Below, one piece after another: positions 40,660 to 48,610 of a stretch of DNA of 64,000 bases. Under the pieces are notes generated by a model. It did not search any database. It was not told the DNA's origin and saw only the letters and a list, made by a program, of their open reading frames with translations. The DNA is taken from the NCBI GenBank assembly GCA_044226015.1, contig JBGAHS010000007.1, positions 192,001 through 256,000 on the forward strand, given 5' to 3'. This stretch comes from Candidatus Obscuribacteraceae bacterium (lineage in GTDB: Bacteria; Cyanobacteriota; Vampirovibrionia; Obscuribacterales; Obscuribacteraceae). Each line of letters starts with the position of its first letter. Within the stretch, counting starts at the first letter, position 1. The position numbers and the translations under genes were made by a program.

Positions 40660-41886
40660 ATGGGAGAGTCCAGGCGATCATTTTTGAAGAAACTGTTCTT
40701 GGCTGATAACAGTGCCGGCAATGAAGCTAAAGATACGCTGGTTTGCATCTTTTTGCGCGGTGGTGCTGACACTCTGAATATGTTTTATCCCTTTGCTGAT
40801 GATGATTATTATAAGGTTCGCCCGACCTTAGCCATTTCAAAACCTGGAAGCAATAAGGCAAATTGTGGTACACGGTTGAACGACATGCTAGCTCTTCATC
40901 CCAAGTTAAGCCCAATATATCCCATGTTTGCTGAAGGTGAATTGGCTCTGATTCAAGCTGTGGGAACTGATAACCCATCAGGTTCTCATTTCGAAGTGCA
41001 GGATCAAATGGAACATGGTGAAGCCTACGGTCACACCATTGGTGGTGGCTGGCTTGGACGTTATCTTCGCTCAAGAGCCACGGAACAGTTGACGCCGTTG
41101 TCCGCAGTAGCGATAGGTGTAGCCGTTCCGGAGTCCTTTCGAGGTGCGCCGGTTCTCAGCGTGATAAGAAAGGTAGAGGAAATTAGCATTAATAGTCCGT
41201 CTGCTTGTACAGACGAACTCTGCAAGGCTTTATCATCGATGTATGGGCATTCAGATCTTCGTGTTTTGAGCTCTGCGGGCGTTACCAATTTAGATTTGCT
41301 GAAGCGCGTTGATAAGATTCGCAAGCAGCAGTATAAGCCCTCGTCTGGTGCTGATTATGCAGATGATGAATTTTCAGACGGGCTAAAAGAGTTGGCTCGC
41401 TTGATTAAAGCAGATGTCGGGTTGGAGGTCGCATGTATTGACCTGAACGGCTGGGATACGCATTTCGTACAAGGAGCTATTGAAGGATTGCAACCATCTC
41501 TGATTGAATCACTGGGAAAAGGTCTCGCCGCTTTTCATAGTGATTTACGTAAGTGCAAGCGCAAAGTCAACACAATCGTGATGACAGAATTTGGACGCAG
41601 AACCTACGAGAATGGCTCTTTAGGAACTGACCACGGACGTGGTTTTACTCTAATGGTCTTTGGCAGTTCGATAAATGGTGGCAAAATCTACGGACATTAT
41701 CCCGGGCTTGAAGATGATCAGTACGCGCTCGGTCCTGGTGGACTGCGAATAACTACGGACTATCGAGCTATTTTGGCAGAGCTTCTCTCAGCCCATAAAG
41801 TTTCAACTGATCTCGTCTTTCCGGGCTTTAAGTACTCAAAAATGGGCTTCATAAAAGAGCCTGAACAAAAACGAGAGGCGGTTTAG
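40660..41886 (+). CDS. DUF1501 family protein
   Basis: SRRSFLK, VCIFLRGGAD.LN, SHFE.Q, GWDTH, TEFGRR..ENG..GTDHG, TTDYR. Confidence 0.93.
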   Translation: MGESRRSFLKKLFLADNSAGNEAKDTLVCIFLRGGADTLNMFYPFADDDYYKVRPTLAISKPGSNKANCGTRLNDMLALHPKLSPIYPMFAEGELALIQAVGTDNPSGSHFEVQDQMEHGEAYGHTIGGGWLGRYLRSRATEQLTPLSAVAIGVAVPESFRGAPVLSVIRKVEEISINSPSACTDELCKALSSMYGHSDLRVLSSAGVTNLDLLKRVDKIRKQQYKPSSGADYADDEFSDGLKELARLIKADVGLEVACIDLNGWDTHFVQGAIEGLQPSLIESLGKGLAAFHSDLRKCKRKVNTIVMTEFGRRTYENGSLGTDHGRGFTLMVFGSSINGGKIYGHYPGLEDDQYALGPGGLRITTDYRAILAELLSAHKVSTDLVFPGFKYSKMGFIKEPEQKREAV

Positions 41887-41896
41887 CCTCTCGTTT
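41869..41896. terminator. Hairpin/terminator overlapping the DUF1501 stop, between convergent genes
   Basis: AAACGAGAGGC-ggttta-GCCTCTCGTTT. Confidence 0.7.
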
Positions 41897-41918
41897 CTGC
41901 AGCAATTTTTCGGTCGTC

Positions 41919-43082
41919 CTATCTGGCTCGATCGAGAATTTTGTCTGCTGCTTCAACAAGCGGATTCAACTTGTCGTGGCGCAGTACATAACCATGGTTT
42001 CCAATGGCTCTGGAAAATGCATCGTTCATTCTTTCCTGGAAGCACATCATTGAGTTGAAGCTCTGCAAAACCTGGTCATGTGAAAGTGAGTACGGAATGT
42101 GATCTTTTCTTCCAACGTACACCACAAAGAACGGGCGGTTTGCTTTCTGTTGTGTAGTTCCGTGCACTATGATTTCTGCCCATGCTTTGTAAGCGTCAAA
42201 ATCGTTTGCATAGTTAAACATGTCTAGAGTGAATCCGCCTGGAGGACGCATGTTTACTTCCAGTGGAATAACCTTTCCGTCATCTTTCATGAAGTATTCG
42301 AAATGGAAGAAACGCTCTCGCACATCGAACGCGCGAAGAGTGGCTTTCCCTGCGTCTTCTAGAGACTTCTCTATGTCGCGCACTCCATAATAATAGATAT
42401 CGGAGTCTTCGTTTACCGCATCCATTACGCCTTTGCTGTACCTGTGCGATGCCGAGAACACCAGGTTTCCGCCGCTGTCAGTCAAGCCATCATAAGTTAC
42501 GATGGTGCCGGAAACGAACTCCTCGACGATATAGTCCATATCTGGTTTCTCTTCCAGATAGCGTTTTACATCCTCTTCATTCTTGATTTTATAGGTTGCA
42601 CCAGCGCCAACTCCAATGTCTGGTTTAGCTACAACTGGATAACCAACTTCCTTAATGAAGTTGACCAGTTCTTTTTCGGTATTGCAAACCTTACCGCGAG
42701 CAGGTGTAAGACCAGCCTGTTCGAATACCCGCTTCATTTCAGATTTGCGTTTGATCTTGTAAATGCTATCGAGTTTGATACCAGGAATATTGAAATCGGT
42801 TCTTAGCCTTGCTTCGGTTTCCAGCCAATACTCATTTTGAGAATCTATGCGATCCATCTTTCCATGTCGGTAAGTGAAATAACCGATCGCGCGAATCAGT
42901 TCATCATAGTTGTGCATGTCAGAGACGCGATAATACTCGGTCAGAGCGTGACGTAAATCATGACGAAGCAAATCAAATGGATGGTCGCCAATTCCAAAAA
43001 CATTGGCACCTTGCTCTCTTAGTCTGACGCAGAAGTTGTAAAAGTTCGGTGGAAAATGAGGTGACAGAAAGACGATATTCAT
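41919..43082 (-). CDS. ATP-grasp domain protein (carboxylate-amine ligase-like)
   Basis: MNIVFLSPHFP, GYPVVAKPDIGVGA, EEFVSG, FHFEYF, LEVNMRPPGG. Confidence 0.85.
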   Translation of the reverse strand: MNIVFLSPHFPPNFYNFCVRLREQGANVFGIGDHPFDLLRHDLRHALTEYYRVSDMHNYDELIRAIGYFTYRHGKMDRIDSQNEYWLETEARLRTDFNIPGIKLDSIYKIKRKSEMKRVFEQAGLTPARGKVCNTEKELVNFIKEVGYPVVAKPDIGVGAGATYKIKNEEDVKRYLEEKPDMDYIVEEFVSGTIVTYDGLTDSGGNLVFSASHRYSKGVMDAVNEDSDIYYYGVRDIEKSLEDAGKATLRAFDVRERFFHFEYFMKDDGKVIPLEVNMRPPGGFTLDMFNYANDFDAYKAWAEIIVHGTTQQKANRPFFVVYVGRKDHIPYSLSHDQVLQSFNSMMCFQERMNDAFSRAIGNHGYVLRHDKLNPLVEAADKILDRAR

Positions 43083-43262
43083 GAAGCGCAAGCCCTATTT
43101 GAACTGAATATTCGCCCGCCTCTCTATGAGGGGGCTCCCGGATATGCCAGAGTATCACAGGTTTGCGGATTCTGTTGCAAATCTGCATCTTGGATCTAAA
43201 ATAATCGCAAACTTTTACAGGCTAAGGCTTTGCAAGAGATCACTCAGCAAAATTATAGACGC

Positions 43263-43784
43263 TTAAAGTTCGACGAAAATAGGTTCGGGAAACTCTGCTA
43301 TGACGCAATCATCAGCTCCGTCGTCTTCAAAGACTAAACAGGAAAAGTCTATCTGTTCATAAAGTGCTGTCATGGGATAGTGCCAGACCCCTGGGTAATA
43401 ACTGACTCCCTGAGAACCTTCAACGAGGAAAGCTCTCAGTGTGGACAAATCTGGCTTGTCTTTTCCCAGGCAAACAATTGCAAGATAGGTAGATTTGTCT
43501 GCCATCGGCATGAAAACCTGGGTTGAATACTCGTGTTTCTCGAGCAGCCTCAGCTCAAGCGGAAGCGCCTTCAGCGGACTGCATCGAAAAACGCAAAGGT
43601 TAAGCTTTGCTTTATCGGAACGCAAGTTTTCCAGCTGGCAGAGTTTGTTGAAACGCTTTGCCGTCCCCATGTTTGCGAACTTGAATGGAAGGCTCTCGTC
43701 AGCTGCAATCACTGTGCCATATTTCTCGTAAGCCTCGCGGCTCAGTCGAATTGCCTTGATGCTCTGTTGCTTCTCTGGGCTCAT
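43263..43784 (-). CDS. allA: Ureidoglycolate lyase
   Basis: YG.VI, ANMGTA.RF, LLEKHEYSTQVFMPM, LRAF...QGVSY.PGVWH. Confidence 0.9.
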   Translation of the reverse strand: MSPEKQQSIKAIRLSREAYEKYGTVIAADESLPFKFANMGTAKRFNKLCQLENLRSDKAKLNLCVFRCSPLKALPLELRLLEKHEYSTQVFMPMADKSTYLAIVCLGKDKPDLSTLRAFLVEGSQGVSYYPGVWHYPMTALYEQIDFSCLVFEDDGADDCVIAEFPEPIFVEL

Positions 43785-43858
43785 GAATTTTGGGCTCTTA
43801 CATACTACAATGGCGAATTCGTTAGTCTAGCACGGCTGCGCACACTTGCTTCTGAGGA

Positions 43859-45448
43859 ATGATTATGGCTACAACTTTAGACCGCGTGAAAATTGTTGGT
43901 GATGTCAGTAAAGAGTTCGCCGAAATCTTAACTGATGATGCTCTCAATTTCTTGCTTGATCTGCATCAGCAATTCAATTCGCTAAGGTTGTCTTTGCTTG
44001 AGAAAAGAAAAGAACGTCAAAAAAGAATCGATGCCGGTGAGAAACCGTCATTCTTGAAAGAGACAGAGTCCGTTAGAACTGCTGAGTGGTCCGTGGCTGC
44101 GTGTCCGAAGGATTTGGAGGATCGCCGGGTAGAAATTACTGGACCGGTCGATGCGAAGATGATCATCAACGCGCTTAACTGCGGTGCCAATGTGTTCATG
44201 GCTGATTTCGAGGATGCTAATTCACCAACATGGACAAACTGCATTGAAGGGCAGATTAACTTGAAAAATGCTGTTCGGCGCACCCTGTCGTTTCAGAGTG
44301 CAGAAGGCAAATCATACTCATTGAAAGACAAGCTTGCGACTCTGGTTGTTCGTCCCAGGGGCTGGCATTTGGAAGAGAAACACGTCACCATTGATGGTGT
44401 CTGTATTTCTGCCAGCCTTTTTGATTTTGGACTCTATTTCTTTCACAACGCTGCAGAGTTGCTTCGACGCGAGAGTGGACCGTATTTCTATCTGCCCAAA
44501 ATGGAGAATCATCTAGAAGCTCGTCTCTGGTCTGATGTGTTTAAGTTTGCTGAGAGTAAGTTGCAGATAGCCTCAGGTAGCATCAAATGCACGGTTTTGA
44601 TCGAGACAATTCTTGCGTCTATGGAAATGGATGAAATACTTTATGAGCTGAAGGATTTTATCGTGGCATTGAACGCTGGTCGTTGGGACTACATGTTCAG
44701 TATGATCAAGAAGTTAAATCGCCATTCTGATTTCATGCTGCCTGATCGAGCACAGGTTACGATGAATGTGCCGTTCATGAAGTCGTATTGCGACCTTCTG
44801 GTCAAAACATGCCATAAGAGAAAAGCACATGCGATGGGCGGTATGGCTGCATTCATTCCGAGTCGCCGTGACAAGGAATTGAATGAGAAGGCTATGGCTA
44901 AGGTGCACGAAGACAAACAAAGAGAGGCTTCACAAGGTTTTGACGGAACATGGGTGGCGCACCCTGACCTCGTTGCGATCGCAAAAGAAGAATTTGATAA
45001 GGTCTTGGGCACTAAGCCAAATCAGAAAGAAAAAATGCGTAGTGAAGTCTGCGTAACAGCTGAGCAATTGCTCAACGCGTCCGTCGACGGCGGCAAGATC
45101 ACCGAAGCCGGGCTGATCAACAATATCTCAGTTGCGATTCAATACATGGATAACTGGCTGAGAGGAATTGGCGCTGCGGCAATTTACAATTTGATGGAAG
45201 ATGCTGCCACCGCGGAGATTTCGCGAGCTCAAATCTGGTTGTGGATTCAAAGGCAGAGCAAGCTTGAGGATGGTCGGGTTGTCAGCGCTGAACTCTACAA
45301 AACTCTGAAAGAGAAAGAACTACAGCGCTTAAAAGAAAGTGGAAACCCTGGTCGGCTAGACGATGCTGCAACTTTGCTCGATCAGCTGGTTTTGAGCCAG
45401 GAATTCATCGAGTTCCTAACTTTGCCTGCATATTCTTGCTTGCCATAG
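43859..45448 (+). CDS. aceB: Malate synthase A
   Basis: [72 protein letters not shown]. Confidence 0.97.
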   Translation: MIMATTLDRVKIVGDVSKEFAEILTDDALNFLLDLHQQFNSLRLSLLEKRKERQKRIDAGEKPSFLKETESVRTAEWSVAACPKDLEDRRVEITGPVDAKMIINALNCGANVFMADFEDANSPTWTNCIEGQINLKNAVRRTLSFQSAEGKSYSLKDKLATLVVRPRGWHLEEKHVTIDGVCISASLFDFGLYFFHNAAELLRRESGPYFYLPKMENHLEARLWSDVFKFAESKLQIASGSIKCTVLIETILASMEMDEILYELKDFIVALNAGRWDYMFSMIKKLNRHSDFMLPDRAQVTMNVPFMKSYCDLLVKTCHKRKAHAMGGMAAFIPSRRDKELNEKAMAKVHEDKQREASQGFDGTWVAHPDLVAIAKEEFDKVLGTKPNQKEKMRSEVCVTAEQLLNASVDGGKITEAGLINNISVAIQYMDNWLRGIGAAAIYNLMEDAATAEISRAQIWLWIQRQSKLEDGRVVSAELYKTLKEKELQRLKESGNPGRLDDAATLLDQLVLSQEFIEFLTLPAYSCLP

Positions 45449-45510
45449 TTGCGATTTACATCTTCTCGGCGCCTGCACCACCGCGATGGGGTTCACCAAA
45501 TAGCAATGGA

Positions 45511-45534
45511 AAAGGAGAGCGCAAGCTCTCCTTT
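45511..45534. terminator. Bidirectional terminator hairpin
   Basis: AAAGGAGAGC-gcaa-GCTCTCCTTT between convergent genes. Confidence 0.8.
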
Positions 45535-45560
45535 GTCTCTTATACGTTGTTGTAGAGTTA

Positions 45561-45968
45561 CTATTGGTGGTGCCATCCGTGGTGACGGTTCCAGTTGCGG
45601 TTCCAGTTATTGTTGTTATAACGTCCACCGCGATTGCTGAACCGTGTATCAGCATCGTTCAGTTGTCGGGTGATGTCGCGATTCAATTCAGTTAATTCGT
45701 AGCTCAATTTGTTTCGTTCACTCATTGAGAAGCGAAATCCAGAACTACGCATTCGACTCTCGATGGAGTTGATTCTGTTGAGTTTGTTTTGCAGTGATGT
45801 GAATTCAGATCGTGTTAACCTTCCAGAGTTAAATCCTACGTTGATGCGTTGTTGAAGCTGCGCTTGGGTTGCATCAATGTTCATATTCATGCCGTATTGA
45901 GCATTTGCAGCTGGAGCTACTGATAAAGCAATTAGACCTACTGCGATGAAAGAAAGAAGACGGTTCAT
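45561..45968 (-). CDS. Small secreted protein with one helical repeat module (paralog of the 20809 and 21935 genes)
   Basis: Start MNRLL after RBS AGGAG; signal peptide ending ANA; QQRINVGFNSGRLTRSEFTSLQNKLNRI; Asn/Trp/His-rich tail. Confidence 0.85.
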   Translation of the reverse strand: MNRLLSFIAVGLIALSVAPAANAQYGMNMNIDATQAQLQQRINVGFNSGRLTRSEFTSLQNKLNRINSIESRMRSSGFRFSMSERNKLSYELTELNRDITRQLNDADTRFSNRGGRYNNNNWNRNWNRHHGWHHQ

Positions 45969-46040
45969 GGTATCACTCCTATTCGTATTCTGTGGGATCA
46001 AGATCATTTCAGCCGAGCTCAGGCATTTCTTATGAATAAC

Positions 46041-46068
46041 TAGACGCAGGATCGTTCATAAAGATTCC
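46041..46068 (-). promoter_or_regulatory. Variant ECF-type promoter GGAATC-N17-GTCTA
   Basis: On the minus strand ~72 bp upstream of ATG 45968; one mismatch and one extra spacer base relative to the other sites. Confidence 0.45.
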
Positions 46069-46383
46069 AGTCTGGCGAAAAAAAAACTGGATATAAGCAG
46101 GACTGTCTTAGCACTTTGATTGGCGGCTACTTTGGACTTTTGTTCCCGACTAATTCTTGTGTCTGTTTTAGCGTGCGATGGAAAATTGTTCCTATAAATA
46201 TAGATGGCAAATAGTTTTTATCGAGAAGAACTCTGGCTGGAGACTGCCTGCTGATAATACCTGCTGCCGCTGGAAAGAAAGAAGCCCTTAGTATGCAGGT
46301 TGAAGGACATGAAGCTGTTCGAAGTGTTGAAAGGCTCGGACGTTTGTATTCAGGATATGTGGCTTATCTAAGGCGCAAGAGCC

Positions 46384-46410
46384 GGAACCAAAATCGAAAG
46401 TCTGAGTCAA
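46384..46410 (+). promoter_or_regulatory. Putative ECF sigma promoter GGAACC-N16-GTCAA
   Basis: Motif read from the sequence 28 bp upstream of the patatin ATG 46439. Confidence 0.6.
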
Positions 46411-46438
46411 CCAGCGAGAGTCCTTTTGAGGTTTAGCG

Positions 46439-47485
46439 ATGAGAATCTTTGCTTGGTTCCTCGGAATCGCAGTCATTGCTGCTACTTCTTCAGCCTCCGT
46501 TTATGCTGATGAGACTGAGCCTGTCAATGCGAAGTTGCAGGCTGATTTTCCTGCACCTACGTCCGAGCTAAATAGCCGGGTCTCACAAGAGCTTGTACGA
46601 CGTCCAAAAGTCGGTTTGGCTCTGGGTGGAGGCGGTACGCGAGGTGCCGCCCATATAGGTGTTCTCAAAGTACTTGAGGAAAACCACATTCCGATTGATT
46701 ACATTTGCGGTACATCGATAGGCTCAGTAGTAGGTGGTTTTTATGCCTCTGGTGTGCCCGTTTCGCGGATGCAGCAGATTATTCGAGATCAGTCGCTGGT
46801 GCATGCGTACATGCGCACTCCTATCGCTTTGCAGATCGCCACTATGCCACTGGACCTCTTGCCCAGGGGGTTTGGCAAGCACTCTTTGATCGGAATTGCG
46901 TCGGGGAAAAGCTTTCAACGTTTCATCGAAAAACAACTTCCGGAAAATCGAAAACGAATAGAAGACACGCAAATTCCATTTGCTGCAGTTGCTACCGATT
47001 TGCAAACTGGAAATCCTTTTGTGTTAAAAAGTGGCTCGTTGTCAAAAGCGCTTGAGGCATCATCTGCGGTGCCATTTCTCAAGCGACCTGTAAAGTTAGA
47101 TGGAAGAATTTTGAATGATGGCTTTGTGTGCGGAAGCAATTTGCCTGCGAAGGAATGCCGCGAAATGGGAGCCGATGTGGTCATCTGTGTCAACATTGAT
47201 GGTCCACTCCAAGAGATTTCAGAACAACGCTTGCATCACTATCGTACATACAGGCATCGAATTGCGACAATCATTCTTTCGCGTCTTGATGCGGAAAATG
47301 CAAAAGATGCCGATGTGATGATAAGCCCAGATGTAACAGATGTTGGATTATTGAGTAAGCGTTGCTCCGAAATGGATGCTGCTATTCAGGCAGGTATCAA
47401 AGCCGCGCAAGACGCGATGCCGTCAATTCAAGCATTGTTAAAGAATGAGCGTTCGTTGAGAGCCAATATCCAATCTCAAGATTAG
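46439..47485 (+). CDS. Secreted patatin-like phospholipase
   Basis: Signal peptide; GLALGGGG.RG.AHIG, GTSIG nucleophile, DG catalytic Asp. Confidence 0.92.
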   Translation: MRIFAWFLGIAVIAATSSASVYADETEPVNAKLQADFPAPTSELNSRVSQELVRRPKVGLALGGGGTRGAAHIGVLKVLEENHIPIDYICGTSIGSVVGGFYASGVPVSRMQQIIRDQSLVHAYMRTPIALQIATMPLDLLPRGFGKHSLIGIASGKSFQRFIEKQLPENRKRIEDTQIPFAAVATDLQTGNPFVLKSGSLSKALEASSAVPFLKRPVKLDGRILNDGFVCGSNLPAKECREMGADVVICVNIDGPLQEISEQRLHHYRTYRHRIATIILSRLDAENAKDADVMISPDVTDVGLLSKRCSEMDAAIQAGIKAAQDAMPSIQALLKNERSLRANIQSQD

Positions 47486-47522
47486 GAAACTGGGCAACTG
47501 TGTAGCGCTGCTGCTTCGCAGC

Positions 47523-48086
47523 TTATTCGCAGGACGCACCATGTTTTATGAAGTAGTCTTGATGATATTCCTCTGCATCAAAGAATGGAGTCGCATCTTG
47601 AATCACAGTAACAATTGGAGATTTGAATTTATGATCTTTCGTCAATTGTTCTTTGTAGGCAAGCGCTTCTTTCTTTTGTTGAGCATTTGTGCAGAATATA
47701 ACTGAACGGTATTGCGTTCCGTGATCAGGACCTTGTCGATTAAGTGTTGTAGGGTCGTGATTGGCAAAAAATACTGTAAGCAGTTTTTGATAGCTGACTT
47801 TAGCAGGGTCGTATTCTACCTGAACGGTTTCAGCGTGACCCGTGGAGTTGCTGCAAACTTCCTTATAGGTAGGGTTATCGGTTGAGCCACCGGTGTATCC
47901 TACTCGTGTTTTGATTACGCCAGGTACTTTGCTGAAGACGTATTGAACCTTCCAGAAGCAACCTGCTCCAAAATAAGCTTTTTCCATTTTAGTCTTCCCA
48001 TCTGACTTGCGTTCGGCTCCACTTGCTGATGTCATTGCAAATATCAGAGCGGAGACGCTGAGCAAAAATGATCTTCTTGTGTTCAT
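47523..48086 (-). CDS. msrA: Peptide methionine sulfoxide reductase MsrA with Tat-like signal
   Basis: TRRSFL signal; GAGCFW, GYTGG, TGHAE, HDPT..NRQG.D.GTQYRS, AEEYHQDY. Confidence 0.96.
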   Translation of the reverse strand: MNTRRSFLLSVSALIFAMTSASGAERKSDGKTKMEKAYFGAGCFWKVQYVFSKVPGVIKTRVGYTGGSTDNPTYKEVCSNSTGHAETVQVEYDPAKVSYQKLLTVFFANHDPTTLNRQGPDHGTQYRSVIFCTNAQQKKEALAYKEQLTKDHKFKSPIVTVIQDATPFFDAEEYHQDYFIKHGASCE

Positions 48087-48158
48087 GGTATTTCCAATTC
48101 ACGCCACAATTAGATTCTAGCAGTCAAAGCAGACTCAATTTATTTTGTAACCGTGTGA

Positions 48159-48542
48159 TTAACCTGACCAGCATCCGGTGCGAAAAAACTTTATGGAACC
48201 GTCTGCGTAGTAGGCGATAATAGTTCCGTTTGGTCGAATTTCTGATCTCGAACCGTCTTCATTGAAGGTGATAACTGTTCCATTTGGTCGAATCTGTACA
48301 GCTGAGTTTTCCTTCTGAACAATTGAATTTCCATCCGGCTTTACGATGCTGAGTGTATTTTTCTTGTCATTGTAGATGCGAGTGCCATCCGCCTTGCGGA
48401 CATGTACCGAACCGTCCGGGTTGTGAATTGTGACATCGCGTCCTTCAGCTTTTGATTCCTCTACATTCTTCTGCAAATCCAGAGGGTGCACCATCTTCAT
48501 TAATCTGGCGCGTTTTGGAAAATTATGCTCTGCAGTGTTCAT
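48159..48542 (-). CDS. Small beta-hairpin repeat protein (PDG/PNG/ADG turns)
   Basis: Repeats NPDGS, ADGT, KPDGN, RPNGT, EDGS, RPNGT, ADGS. Confidence 0.7.
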   Translation of the reverse strand: MNTAEHNFPKRARLMKMVHPLDLQKNVEESKAEGRDVTIHNPDGSVHVRKADGTRIYNDKKNTLSIVKPDGNSIVQKENSAVQIRPNGTVITFNEDGSRSEIRPNGTIIAYYADGSIKFFRTGCWSG

Positions 48543-48610
48543 TTAACTAACCCCTAGCTCGCCCGTTGTATGTTGACAGCCAGTGCCGAAAAATTAGGGA
48601 GGGTTAATTT

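Noticed and set aside
46110..46150. Additional minus-strand GGAACA-N16-GCCAA promoter-like site
   Set aside because: The -10 lacks GTC; not counted among the motif hits.
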